64,000 bases of DNA from sequence record DRR723986_9346; one strand, 5' to 3'. Within the stretch, counting starts at the first letter, position 1. The number at the start of each line of letters is the position of its first letter. The position numbers were made by a program, and so were the translations under genes. This document shows, one piece after another, positions 49,958 to 59,355 of this stretch. The notes under the pieces were generated by a model. That model saw only the letters and a program-made list of their open reading frames with translations, made no database searches and was not told the origin of the DNA.

Positions 49958-52102
49958 ATGATTTCTAAATCACTAAAAACCGCTCTTCTTGGCGGAATCA
50001 TTCTATTTGCAAGTTGCAAAGAAGAATCAAAAACACCAGAAAAATTAATGACTGATAATGTACTACTACAAGAATGGACAGGGCCGTTTGAAGGTGTACC
50101 TGCATTTGACAAAATGAATGTAGCAGATGTAAAGGAGGCTGTAGAAAAAGGCATGGAACTTAACTTAAAAGAGATTGAAGCCATTGCAAACTCAGATGAA
50201 GACCCAATATTTGAAAATACCATTGTTGCTATGGAAAGTTCTGGTAAAGATTTAAATCGTGTGTTTACCTATTATGGTATTATGAGCAGCAATATGTCAT
50301 CTCCAGAATTTAGAGATGTACAAGCAGAACTAGCTCCAAAGCTCTCTGACTTTAGATCTAAAATTACTCAGAATGAAAAGCTCTTTCAAAGAATTAAAGC
50401 TGTTTATGACGCTTCTCAAACAACACCACTAGAACCACAAGCGCAGCGTGTAGTAGATTTAACTTATAAGAGTTTTGAAATGAATGGTGCTAACCTAGAT
50501 GTAGAAAAGAAAAAACGATATGCTGAAATTAATAAGGAACTTTCTACACTTTATACTAAGTTTTCTAATAATGTATTGCATGATGAAGAAAACTACATTA
50601 CCTATTTAACTAAGAATCAATTAGGAGGCTTGGCAGAAGGTTTTGTAAAATCTGCTGCGAAAATTGCTAGTGATAATGGTAAGGACGGTATGTATGCTAT
50701 TACTAATACACGTTCTTCAATGGATCCTTTTTTAAAGTATTCTACTGAGCGCGAATTACGAAAACAAGTATGGGAAAATTACTATTCTCGTGGAGATAAT
50801 GGTGATGAATATGACAATAATCAAATCATTGCTGAGATATTAAAATTAAGAAAAGAACGCGTAGGCTTGTTAGGTTATGATAACTATGCACAATGGAGAT
50901 TACAAGATCGTATGGCTAAAACACCAGAAAATGCCATGGATTTAATGCTAAAGGTTTGGCCTGCGGCAACGGCTCGCGTAAAAGAAGAAGTCGCAGACAT
51001 GCAAGTAGTTGCTAATGAGTTAGGCGATAATATTACTATAGAGCCATGGGATTATCGCTATTACGCTGAAAAGGTTCGTAAAAAGAAGTACGATTTAGAT
51101 AGCGATGAAGTAAAACAATATTTACAATTAGACAAATTAACTGATGCTATGTTTTTCACTGCTGGCGAATTATTTAATTACAAGTTTACTCCTGTAGAAG
51201 AAGGTTCAGTGCCAGTGTTTCAAGAAGATGTTAAGGTTTGGGAAGTTACCGATAAAGATTCTGGTAAACATATAGGCTTATGGTATCTAGATCCATTTGC
51301 GCGCCAAGGCAAACGCTCAGGTGCTTGGGCCACAACTTACAGAAGTTACACATCTTTTGAAGGCGAAAAAAACGTTCTAGCATCAAACAATTCAAACTTT
51401 GTAAAGCCTGCACCAGGAGAAGCTGTATTAGTATCTTGGGATGACGCAACTACCTTTTTTCATGAATTTGGACATGCCTTACACTTTTTCTCTTCAAACG
51501 TAAAATACCCAACACTAAATGGTGGCGTAAGAGACTATACTGAGTTTCAGTCGCAATTATTAGAGCGATGGTTATCAACAGATAAAGTTATCAATCAATT
51601 TTTAGTACATCATGAAACAGGTGAGCCGATTCCTGCTGCTTTAGTTGAAAAAATTAAAAATGCATCAACGTTTAATCAAGGTTTCGGTACTACAGAGTAT
51701 TTAGCCTCTGCTTTAATTGATATGAAATTACACTTAGCTGATCCTACAAATATTGATATAGACAAATTTGAACGCGAAACCTTAGACGAACTAGGCATGC
51801 CAAAAGAATTGCCAATGCGCCACAGAACTCCTCATTTTGGTCATGTGTTTTCTGGTGAAGGATATGCTACGGCTTATTATGGATACATGTGGGCTGATGT
51901 CTTAACTAGTGATGCATCGGAAGCCTTTAGAGAAGCACCAGGTGGGTTTTATGATAAAGAAGTGGCAGAAAAACTAGTGAAATACTTATTTGCACCACGA
52001 AACGCTATGGATCCGGCAGAAGCTTACCGTCTATTTAGAGGACGCGATGCCAAAATTGAAGCCTTAATGAAAGATAGAGGCTTTCCTGTACCGCAGAGTT
52101 AA
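49958..52102 (+). CDS. dcp: M3 peptidyl-dipeptidase Dcp-like lipoprotein
   Basis: Lipobox FASC-KEE, KRSGAW, FHEFGHALH, EFQSQLLE, HFGHVF, YYGYMWADV. Confidence 0.9.
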   Translation: MISKSLKTALLGGIILFASCKEESKTPEKLMTDNVLLQEWTGPFEGVPAFDKMNVADVKEAVEKGMELNLKEIEAIANSDEDPIFENTIVAMESSGKDLNRVFTYYGIMSSNMSSPEFRDVQAELAPKLSDFRSKITQNEKLFQRIKAVYDASQTTPLEPQAQRVVDLTYKSFEMNGANLDVEKKKRYAEINKELSTLYTKFSNNVLHDEENYITYLTKNQLGGLAEGFVKSAAKIASDNGKDGMYAITNTRSSMDPFLKYSTERELRKQVWENYYSRGDNGDEYDNNQIIAEILKLRKERVGLLGYDNYAQWRLQDRMAKTPENAMDLMLKVWPAATARVKEEVADMQVVANELGDNITIEPWDYRYYAEKVRKKKYDLDSDEVKQYLQLDKLTDAMFFTAGELFNYKFTPVEEGSVPVFQEDVKVWEVTDKDSGKHIGLWYLDPFARQGKRSGAWATTYRSYTSFEGEKNVLASNNSNFVKPAPGEAVLVSWDDATTFFHEFGHALHFFSSNVKYPTLNGGVRDYTEFQSQLLERWLSTDKVINQFLVHHETGEPIPAALVEKIKNASTFNQGFGTTEYLASALIDMKLHLADPTNIDIDKFERETLDELGMPKELPMRHRTPHFGHVFSGEGYATAYYGYMWADVLTSDASEAFREAPGGFYDKEVAEKLVKYLFAPRNAMDPAEAYRLFRGRDAKIEALMKDRGFPVPQS

Positions 52103-52123
52103 ACAAAAACTAAAACTATATAT

Positions 52124-52155
52124 ACGTCCAATTCAACAATGAATTGGGCGTTTTT
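52124..52155 (+). terminator. Intrinsic terminator of dcp
   Basis: ACGTCCAATTCA-acaa-TGAATTGGGCGT-TTTT. Confidence 0.8.
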
Positions 52156-52210
52156 ATTTGAAATCGATTATCTTTAATTGAATCAAAATTATAAACAATA
52201 ATAGTACTCT

Positions 52211-52674
52211 ATGAATACCTCAAAACAACTAGCCAATCGTCTTGAAGAAATTCTTTTAAATGGTACTTGGGCAGCAAATACAAATTACAAAACGCAGCTT
52301 GAGAGTTTAGACTGGAAAATTGCTAATACACCCTTTCAATCGTGTAACAGCATAGCTTTACTCGCACAACACATTCACTATTATGTTGCTGGTGTTATCA
52401 CTGCGTTTAAAGAAGGTAAATTAGAGATAAATATAGTTTTGACTTCCCGCCTACGACTTCACAAGAAGAGTGGGATGGCTTTTTAAATGGCTTTTGGAAA
52501 GACGCTAACACCTTAGTTAATCTCATTAGTAATTTACCAGAAGAAAAATTAAATGATATCTTTATCGATGAAAAATATGGTACTTATCTAAGAAACATTG
52601 ATGGTATGATAGAACATTGTTATTACCACTTAGGTCAAATCTCATTAATAAAGAAACTTTTGTTAAATAAATAA
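52211..52674 (+). pseudogene. DinB/DUF1572-like gene frameshifted near 52421-52430
   Basis: 5' frame ...HIHYY..EGKLE; second frame RDKYSFDFPP..EKYGTYLRNIDGMIEHCYYHLGQISLIKK-TAA with DinB His motif EH..YHLGQI. Confidence 0.8.
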
Positions 52675-52724
52675 TAACGTGAGACTTACAATGTAATAAT
52701 AGTAGTAATTTTAAAATAAAAAAC

Positions 52725-53072
52725 ATGAAAAAGCTACTGCTACTAATCACGTTTATGTCAATCACTACGATTGCAACATCTCAAACCATTATTGAACTTG
52801 GTTCGGTACAAAGTATGTGCATTACAGGAAAAGGACCAGGTCAAGACGGAGCCATAAATCCATACACAGATAAAGACTCAATAGCTATTGTAGAAAACAT
52901 AGGTGAAAATGTGTTTGAAGTTAGAGTACAACAAAAAGGCAAAATAATTGAGCAATTTGAGGTTAAACCTAAGGAAACAGTGAATGTAAATCTTTACAAA
53001 GACTACGAGCTGTATTTTGATAGTGATTTATTTACTAAGGCAAAAGTAGATTTTAAAGAAAAATTGGAATAA
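52725..53072 (+). CDS. Hypothetical secreted protein
   Basis: Signal peptide ending ATSQ; SMCITGKGPGQDGAINP. Confidence 0.75.
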   Translation: MKKLLLLITFMSITTIATSQTIIELGSVQSMCITGKGPGQDGAINPYTDKDSIAIVENIGENVFEVRVQQKGKIIEQFEVKPKETVNVNLYKDYELYFDSDLFTKAKVDFKEKLE

Positions 53073-53079
53073 CCTTTTT

Positions 53080-53691
53080 TTAATTTTCCTTGGCGTAGAT
53101 ACTTGGCAGGCTTATTTTAAAGATTACAGCTAAAAGACGTATTGTTATTACAACACTTAATGCGATTATAAATATTAAGTTTTGATCATTAATAAATTCT
53201 CGTAAAACAAAATAGATAATACCTCCAAAAATACATGCTGTTGCATAAACTTCTTTTCTAAATATAACAGGTATTTCGTTACATAATATGTCACGGATAA
53301 CACCACCAAAACATGCAGACATCGTACCCAATGAAATACAAATCAATGGATGCAAGTCTACATTCAATCCTTTTTCAATACCTATTACGGTATATAAACC
53401 AATACCAATAGTGTCAAATAAAAAGAGTGAACGTCTTAAATGCTTAAGTTGGTCTCTAAAGATTACTGCTACTGTGGCTGCGCCTGCAATGACATAAATA
53501 AATGTCATATCTGTCATCCAGAATACGGGTGTAGATCCAATGAGTAAATCTCTCAATGTACCTCCTCCAACAGCAGTAACAAAGGCAATTATAAATACAC
53601 CAAACGGATCCATTTGCTTATTCATTGCCACTAATACTCCAGATATAGCAAAAGCAATGGTTCCTAAAATATCAATGGTTTGTATAAACAT
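53080..53691 (-). CDS. Trimeric intracellular cation channel (YadS/UPF0126) family protein
   Basis: AFAISG, TAVGGGTLRD, FDTIGIG, CFGGVIRD, EVYATA. Confidence 0.9.
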   Translation of the reverse strand: MFIQTIDILGTIAFAISGVLVAMNKQMDPFGVFIIAFVTAVGGGTLRDLLIGSTPVFWMTDMTFIYVIAGAATVAVIFRDQLKHLRRSLFLFDTIGIGLYTVIGIEKGLNVDLHPLICISLGTMSACFGGVIRDILCNEIPVIFRKEVYATACIFGGIIYFVLREFINDQNLIFIIALSVVITIRLLAVIFKISLPSIYAKEN

Positions 53692-54416
53692 TACATGTTT
53701 TGTGTGTAGAAGTTATAGTCCTTAAGAATGGTATCTATAAACTGTATATCATATTGCTTAGTTTCAATACCTAAGGTGTCACATATCTTATTTTTCAATA
53801 AGGTTAAAGTCTTAAAATCATTATTCTTTTTTGAAATGGAATAGGCTTCTTTTATAATACGCACATCCTTATCACTAAGCTGAGTAACATTACTGTAAAC
53901 GGGCTGATAATCGTCGCTAATATCTTCTAGAATAGTACTAGATATTTTATGTTTCTTTTTAACACTAATCACCACAGTGCCCGCAGCAGCATCACCTAGA
54001 CGTTGCTTTTTATCAGATAATAGAATTGTTAATATCCCAATCGAAGGAGAAAATATCCAAAGGTCTACAATTCTGAGCATCCAACGCACAAATAAATTAT
54101 ACCACTCTGTTGGTGAGCCATCCACTCTAACTACTTTTATTTTTAAGATCATTTTTCCAATGGTTTGGCCACCAAAAATGATATGGCAAATAACCGAATA
54201 GAAAAAGGCTGGCAGAATAAATAAACCAAGAAAACCACGTTGAGTCCAACCATCTGCATCAAAAATCTCTGATAGGGCCACAATGTTTTCCATAATGGTG
54301 ATATAGGTGATTAAAATAATACCATCAATTAAAAAAGCAACAAAGCGTTCTCCTAAACCGATTAACTTATAATCTAGGTTTACATTTTGTGCTGTGTTAA
54401 TTGCTAATTTGCCCAT
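53691..54416 (-). CDS. RDD family protein
   Basis: ERFVAFLID, GQTIGK, RWMLRIVD, QRLGDAAAGTVV. Confidence 0.92.
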   Translation of the reverse strand: MGKLAINTAQNVNLDYKLIGLGERFVAFLIDGIILITYITIMENIVALSEIFDADGWTQRGFLGLFILPAFFYSVICHIIFGGQTIGKMILKIKVVRVDGSPTEWYNLFVRWMLRIVDLWIFSPSIGILTILLSDKKQRLGDAAAGTVVISVKKKHKISSTILEDISDDYQPVYSNVTQLSDKDVRIIKEAYSISKKNNDFKTLTLLKNKICDTLGIETKQYDIQFIDTILKDYNFYTQNM

Positions 54417-54450
54417 TGCAGTGTATATTCGTTTAAAATAAAAATTGTTT

Positions 54451-55458
54451 ATGCGCGAAGCGTCTTTCGTGAAGCAAAATAAGGAAAAATGGATTGGTTT
54501 TGAAAACGCATTAGATAATAATGCTAAAATAAATCCAGACGACTTGGCTTCTTATTATATACAACTTACTAATGATCTATCTTATGCTCAAACATACTAC
54601 CCTGAGAGTAAGACGTTGTTGTATTTAAATTCATTAGCCTCACAAGCGCATCAAAAGATTTATGTTACCAAAAAAGAATCTAAAAATAAGATCATTTCAT
54701 TTTGGCGCGATGAGTTTCCTTTATTTTTTAGGCAGTACCACAAGACGCTTTTATATTCATTCTTAATCTTTATGTCTGCTGTGGTTATTGGCGCGGTGTC
54801 TACGTTGAATGATGATTCTTTTATACGATTAATTCTGGGCGATGGCTACGTAAATATGACTATTGAAAATATTGAGAATGGTGAACCTATGGCTGTTTAC
54901 AAAAGTGGGAGTAGTATGGGAACCTTTTTAGGTATAACTATAAATAATATTAGAGTAGCTATTATAGCTTTTGCTCTAGGTGTGTTTTTTAGTGTTGGTA
55001 CTATTTACGTTCTATTTAGTAATGGCATAATGCTAGGAGCATTTATTACGTTTTTTTACAACTATGGTATACTAGAAAAAACCTCAACAGTTTGGTTACA
55101 CGGTACTATAGAAATTTCTGTAATCGTCATTGCTGGTTGTGCTGGTTTAGTAATGGGTAATAGTTTTTTATTTCCAAAGACTTACTCCAGACGTGTTGCT
55201 TTTATGAAAGGTGGAAAGGATGGCCTAAAAATAGTTGTGAGTACCATTCCGTTTTTTATAATCGCCGGTTTTATAGAAGGATTTATAACACGATATGGCG
55301 AACAAATGCCGTGGTTTATAGCATATGGAATCATTGTTATTTCATTGTTTATAATAGTGTACTACTACATCGTTTATCCAATATTATTGTATAAAGCAAG
55401 TCTCATAGATTTACCCAAGGAACCATCCAATTTATTATCCAAATCCCAAATAACGTGA
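54451..55458 (+). CDS. SpoIIM-like (DUF95) membrane protein
   Basis: MREASFVKQN, DLSYAQTYYP, ITINNIRV, NGIMLG, LHGTIEI, AGFIEGFIT. Confidence 0.88.
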   Translation: MREASFVKQNKEKWIGFENALDNNAKINPDDLASYYIQLTNDLSYAQTYYPESKTLLYLNSLASQAHQKIYVTKKESKNKIISFWRDEFPLFFRQYHKTLLYSFLIFMSAVVIGAVSTLNDDSFIRLILGDGYVNMTIENIENGEPMAVYKSGSSMGTFLGITINNIRVAIIAFALGVFFSVGTIYVLFSNGIMLGAFITFFYNYGILEKTSTVWLHGTIEISVIVIAGCAGLVMGNSFLFPKTYSRRVAFMKGGKDGLKIVVSTIPFFIIAGFIEGFITRYGEQMPWFIAYGIIVISLFIIVYYYIVYPILLYKASLIDLPKEPSNLLSKSQIT

Positions 55459-56375
55459 ACGAAAAGTATATTGAACTGAGGACCAGAAGTACGTTTGGTG
55501 ATATTATTAATACCTACTTCCTATTTCTAAAATATAATTTTAAGTCTTACACAAGTCTATATTTAAGGTATAATGCTTTAAGTATTATCCTTACGCTTAT
55601 TTGTTCTTATTTATTAGTAACCGGTTTTATGGGATTAGCTGGTAGAGATTTTAGATTTGGAATGGGTAATAATGTAGAAACTGAGAGTTATTTTATTGCC
55701 GGAGTGATAATATTACTTCTAATCGTATTTGTAACATCATTGATTAATTATAGTTTTTCGAGTGCCTATATCGCAGAATATGTTAATAATAATGGCTCTA
55801 TTGAATCTAAAAATATCTGGAGAAGTATACTGGACAATCTAGGAACTATAATCATTTTCATTCTTATTGGTACTTTAATGTATGGTGTGTATCTGGCTAT
55901 TTCGGTTATGGTTTCATTTATTCCACTTTTAGGAATGATTGTACAATACGGCATGAGTTTTACTATGTCTGCAGTTTTTGGCCTCACATTTATGGCAATA
56001 TTCTCGACTAAAAAAGGATTCGGAGAGGCTATATCTGAAGGGTTTGATTTTACATTTTTTAAATTTTGGCGTGTGGTATTGTTCGGCCTAGTCATTGGGA
56101 TACTTAACCTTATGATTTCTGCTCTTATCGTTTCTATACCCAGCGTTATTATTGGTATATACGTTTACTTTTCAGTTGACAGCAATGTAGATATCGCCAC
56201 AAGTACCTTTTCAACATTAGTATTTACCTTTGGTTTTGCAGCATTTTTATTGTCATTTATTTATACGCAAGCACTCTCTCAATTAGCATACGGAATTTTA
56301 TATTACAACCTTAATGAGGTGAAATACAATATTTTTCTTCAAAAGAAAATCGATCAAATTGGCGTAAATGAGTAA
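55455..56375 (+). CDS. Conserved multi-pass membrane protein
   Basis: GTG start overlapping upstream TGA; about 6 TM; LYYNLNE. Confidence 0.8.
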   Translation: MNEKYIELRTRSTFGDIINTYFLFLKYNFKSYTSLYLRYNALSIILTLICSYLLVTGFMGLAGRDFRFGMGNNVETESYFIAGVIILLLIVFVTSLINYSFSSAYIAEYVNNNGSIESKNIWRSILDNLGTIIIFILIGTLMYGVYLAISVMVSFIPLLGMIVQYGMSFTMSAVFGLTFMAIFSTKKGFGEAISEGFDFTFFKFWRVVLFGLVIGILNLMISALIVSIPSVIIGIYVYFSVDSNVDIATSTFSTLVFTFGFAAFLLSFIYTQALSQLAYGILYYNLNEVKYNIFLQKKIDQIGVNE

Positions 56376-57096
56376 AGTGACTTATAAACATATAAGTGCA
56401 CTTATTGCTGCATCATTTTACAACCTTATGATATGGTCTCAAGATGCTGTTATTAGAAGAGATTCTTCTAATATTGATGTAACTTATTTTAAAGAAAATT
56501 TCAAGGACAACTATTCTGGTGATGATTTTAATTATTCTATAAACGATACTGGTGGTGTAAACCTTATGCAAAGAATTCTCAGAAAATTCTTCAATTGGAT
56601 GAGCGACCTATTTGGATTTGATGTAGACTTCATAGATTATAAAACCTTAGAATATATTGTCTATGGATTACTGGGTCTTATTGTCTTGTATTTACTCATT
56701 AAGTTTTTACTAGAAAACCCAGTTAGTTCCGTCTTTAAAACCGAAGACAAAGCTATTGAAGGATTTACCTATGTAGAAGAGAATATTGAGCAAGTAGATT
56801 TTGACAAGCTAATAAACTCATCATTAAAAGAAAATAATTACAGGCTAGCGACACGATACATGTATTTAAAATCCTTGAAAGTACTTGCCAATAAAAAAAT
56901 GATAGAATGGCATTACGACAAGACAAATTCAGATTATCTAAATGAAATCAAAGACAGTAAGCTAAAGGCCTTATTTAAACGAATCTCATATATCTACGAT
57001 TATGTTTGGTATGGTGAATTTCCCATAGACGAGGCTAGTTTTAATAAAAATAAAGTTGATTTTAATCAACTCATAAAATCATCTAAGCATGGATAA
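56368..57096 (+). CDS. DUF4129-like membrane protein
   Basis: Single TM, YRLATRYMYL, KTNSDYLNEI, YDYVWYGEF. Confidence 0.8.
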   Translation: MSKVTYKHISALIAASFYNLMIWSQDAVIRRDSSNIDVTYFKENFKDNYSGDDFNYSINDTGGVNLMQRILRKFFNWMSDLFGFDVDFIDYKTLEYIVYGLLGLIVLYLLIKFLLENPVSSVFKTEDKAIEGFTYVEENIEQVDFDKLINSSLKENNYRLATRYMYLKSLKVLANKKMIEWHYDKTNSDYLNEIKDSKLKALFKRISYIYDYVWYGEFPIDEASFNKNKVDFNQLIKSSKHG

Positions 57097-58294
57097 GCGG
57101 TCTAAAATAGCACTGTATATAATTGGTGCTGTGATTGTTTTTATGATGATCGCAGAAGTCACGAAACCAAAAGCTCTTAATTGGAGAGACTCATTCTCGG
57201 CTGCGGACAAAATACCTTTAGGTTGTTATGTTCTTTATAATGAACTTGAAACTTTTTCTGAAGGTGATATCCTTGTATCTGAACAATCGGTCTATGAATA
57301 TTTAAAACAGATTGATACTGACGAACCAAAAACATTGGTTTTTATTAATAATCGTATTTATTTTGATGATGAAGAGTCAAATGCACTTTTAGACTTTGTA
57401 GACAAAGGGAATTCTGTGTTTATAAGTAGTACTTATTTTTATGGAAATGCCTTAGATACGCTCAATGTAAATATGGAGCGACAATATACAAATTTGTTTA
57501 GAAAAGAGGCCGAAAATAAATTTACCAGCCCAAGTCTTAAGTCCAATGACCGCATTTTTGAGGATGTGATTGAGAATAGTCATTTTATATCAATTGACAC
57601 CTTAAACACTACTTTACTTGGTACAATCACTACTACAACAGAAGACGACATTGAGGTTACTCATCCTAATTTTATAAAGGTCAATTTTGGTGAAAATAAT
57701 GGACAGTTTATAATACATTCTAACCCGTTTGCATTTACAAACTACCACCTTCTAGACGACAAAGAAGATTATGCGGCTGCGGTATTGTCTTATTTACCAA
57801 AGCAACAAATCATTTGGGATAATAATTACAAATCTGGCAGAAAAGTAATTACAAGTCCATTACGCTATATTTTGCAAAACACTGCTTTAAAATGGGCCTT
57901 TTACATTAGTATGTTTAGTTTAATTTTATTTGTAATATTTAGAGGAAAACGTACACAACGCATTATACCAGTCATTGATAAATTAGAAAACGCAACTGTA
58001 GATTTTACAAGAACTATTGGCGAACTTTATTACCAACATGGCGATTATACAAATATCATTGAAAAGAAAATTCAATACTTTTTAGAATTTATTAGAACTC
58101 ATTATTACCTAGACACTAATCAATTAAGTCCTGGTTTTATTGAAAAATTAGCCATAAAATCTACAAATACTAAAGAAGACACAAAAGCTATAGTAGATTA
58201 CATTGTCTTTTTAAAATCAAAAACAAATCATACCGAAAAAGAACTCATAGAATTAAATAAAAAAATAGAACATTTTACAAAACATAAGTTATAA
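57089..58294 (+). CDS. DUF4350-like protein
   Basis: N-terminal TM, DKIPLG, LLDFVDKGN, FTNYHLL, second TM then KRTQRIIP. Confidence 0.78.
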   Translation: MDKRSKIALYIIGAVIVFMMIAEVTKPKALNWRDSFSAADKIPLGCYVLYNELETFSEGDILVSEQSVYEYLKQIDTDEPKTLVFINNRIYFDDEESNALLDFVDKGNSVFISSTYFYGNALDTLNVNMERQYTNLFRKEAENKFTSPSLKSNDRIFEDVIENSHFISIDTLNTTLLGTITTTTEDDIEVTHPNFIKVNFGENNGQFIIHSNPFAFTNYHLLDDKEDYAAAVLSYLPKQQIIWDNNYKSGRKVITSPLRYILQNTALKWAFYISMFSLILFVIFRGKRTQRIIPVIDKLENATVDFTRTIGELYYQHGDYTNIIEKKIQYFLEFIRTHYYLDTNQLSPGFIEKLAIKSTNTKEDTKAIVDYIVFLKSKTNHTEKELIELNKKIEHFTKHKL

Positions 58295-59355
58295 TGGAAG
58301 ATCAAAATATACCATCATCAGACAATTTAGATGAAACAAAACCTATTGAAGAGCAGAATACTGCAGAAGCTTCAGAAAATGTTACTGAAGACTTTCAAAA
58401 CAGAATTGATCTAAAACCACTTCAGGATAGTGTTGAACAAATAAAGCAAGAAATTGCGAAGTTTATAGTTGGGCAAAATGAAATGATTGAATTACTAATT
58501 ATTTCAATTCTGACTAATGGTCATTCCCTAATAGAAGGTGTTCCTGGTGTTGCAAAAACTGTAACAGCTAAATTATTGGCTAAAACTATGGATGTAGATT
58601 TTAGCCGTATTCAATTTACACCAGATTTAATGCCTAGTGATATTTTGGGTACATCTATTTTTAATGTCAAGACTAATGAGTTTGAATATAAAAAAGGTCC
58701 TGTATTTTCAAATATTGTACTCATTGATGAAATAAACAGAGCACCAGCCAAAACTCAAGCCGCTTTATTTGAAGTAATGGCAGAACGCCAAATTACGATG
58801 GATGGTGACCGTTATGATATGGAATTGCCATTCTTAGTTTTTGCAACGCAAAACCCTATAGAACAAGAAGGTACTTATCGTTTACCAGAAGCACAGTTAG
58901 ACCGTTTCTTATTTAAAATTGAAGTTGACTATCCTTCACTAGAAGATGAAGTTCAAATATTAGTTGATAATCATAACAGACAGGATAATATGGACTTTGA
59001 TACAATTACACCTGTACTCTCTGCAGAAGCCATTAAGAATTACCAAGGTTTAATTAAACAAATCATAGTTGAAGATCACTTATTAAATTATATAGCCAAC
59101 ATTGTACATAATACACGTACAAATGCCAATTTATATTTAGGAGCATCACCAAGGGCATCAATCGCTATCTTAAATGCTGCAAAAGCAAATGCTGCAATAA
59201 ATGGTAGAGATTTTGTAACACCAGAGGATATTAAACGCTGTACTAAGGCAGTTTTAAAGCATCGTCTGGTATTAACACCAGAACGAGAAATGGAAGCATT
59301 TACAGTAGATAAGGTTGTAGATCAAATTCTTGAAACCATTGAGATACCTAGATAG
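58294..59355 (+). CDS. MoxR-family AAA+ ATPase
   Basis: EGVPGVAKT, RIQFTPDLMPSD, DEINRAPAKTQAAL, GASPRAS. Confidence 0.95.
   Translation: MEDQNIPSSDNLDETKPIEEQNTAEASENVTEDFQNRIDLKPLQDSVEQIKQEIAKFIVGQNEMIELLIISILTNGHSLIEGVPGVAKTVTAKLLAKTMDVDFSRIQFTPDLMPSDILGTSIFNVKTNEFEYKKGPVFSNIVLIDEINRAPAKTQAALFEVMAERQITMDGDRYDMELPFLVFATQNPIEQEGTYRLPEAQLDRFLFKIEVDYPSLEDEVQILVDNHNRQDNMDFDTITPVLSAEAIKNYQGLIKQIIVEDHLLNYIANIVHNTRTNANLYLGASPRASIAILNAAKANAAINGRDFVTPEDIKRCTKAVLKHRLVLTPEREMEAFTVDKVVDQILETIEIPR

Noticed and set aside
54451-55458. SpoIIM label as evidence of sporulation
   Set aside because: Family name only; the context is the MoxR/DUF58 locus in a non-sporulating lineage
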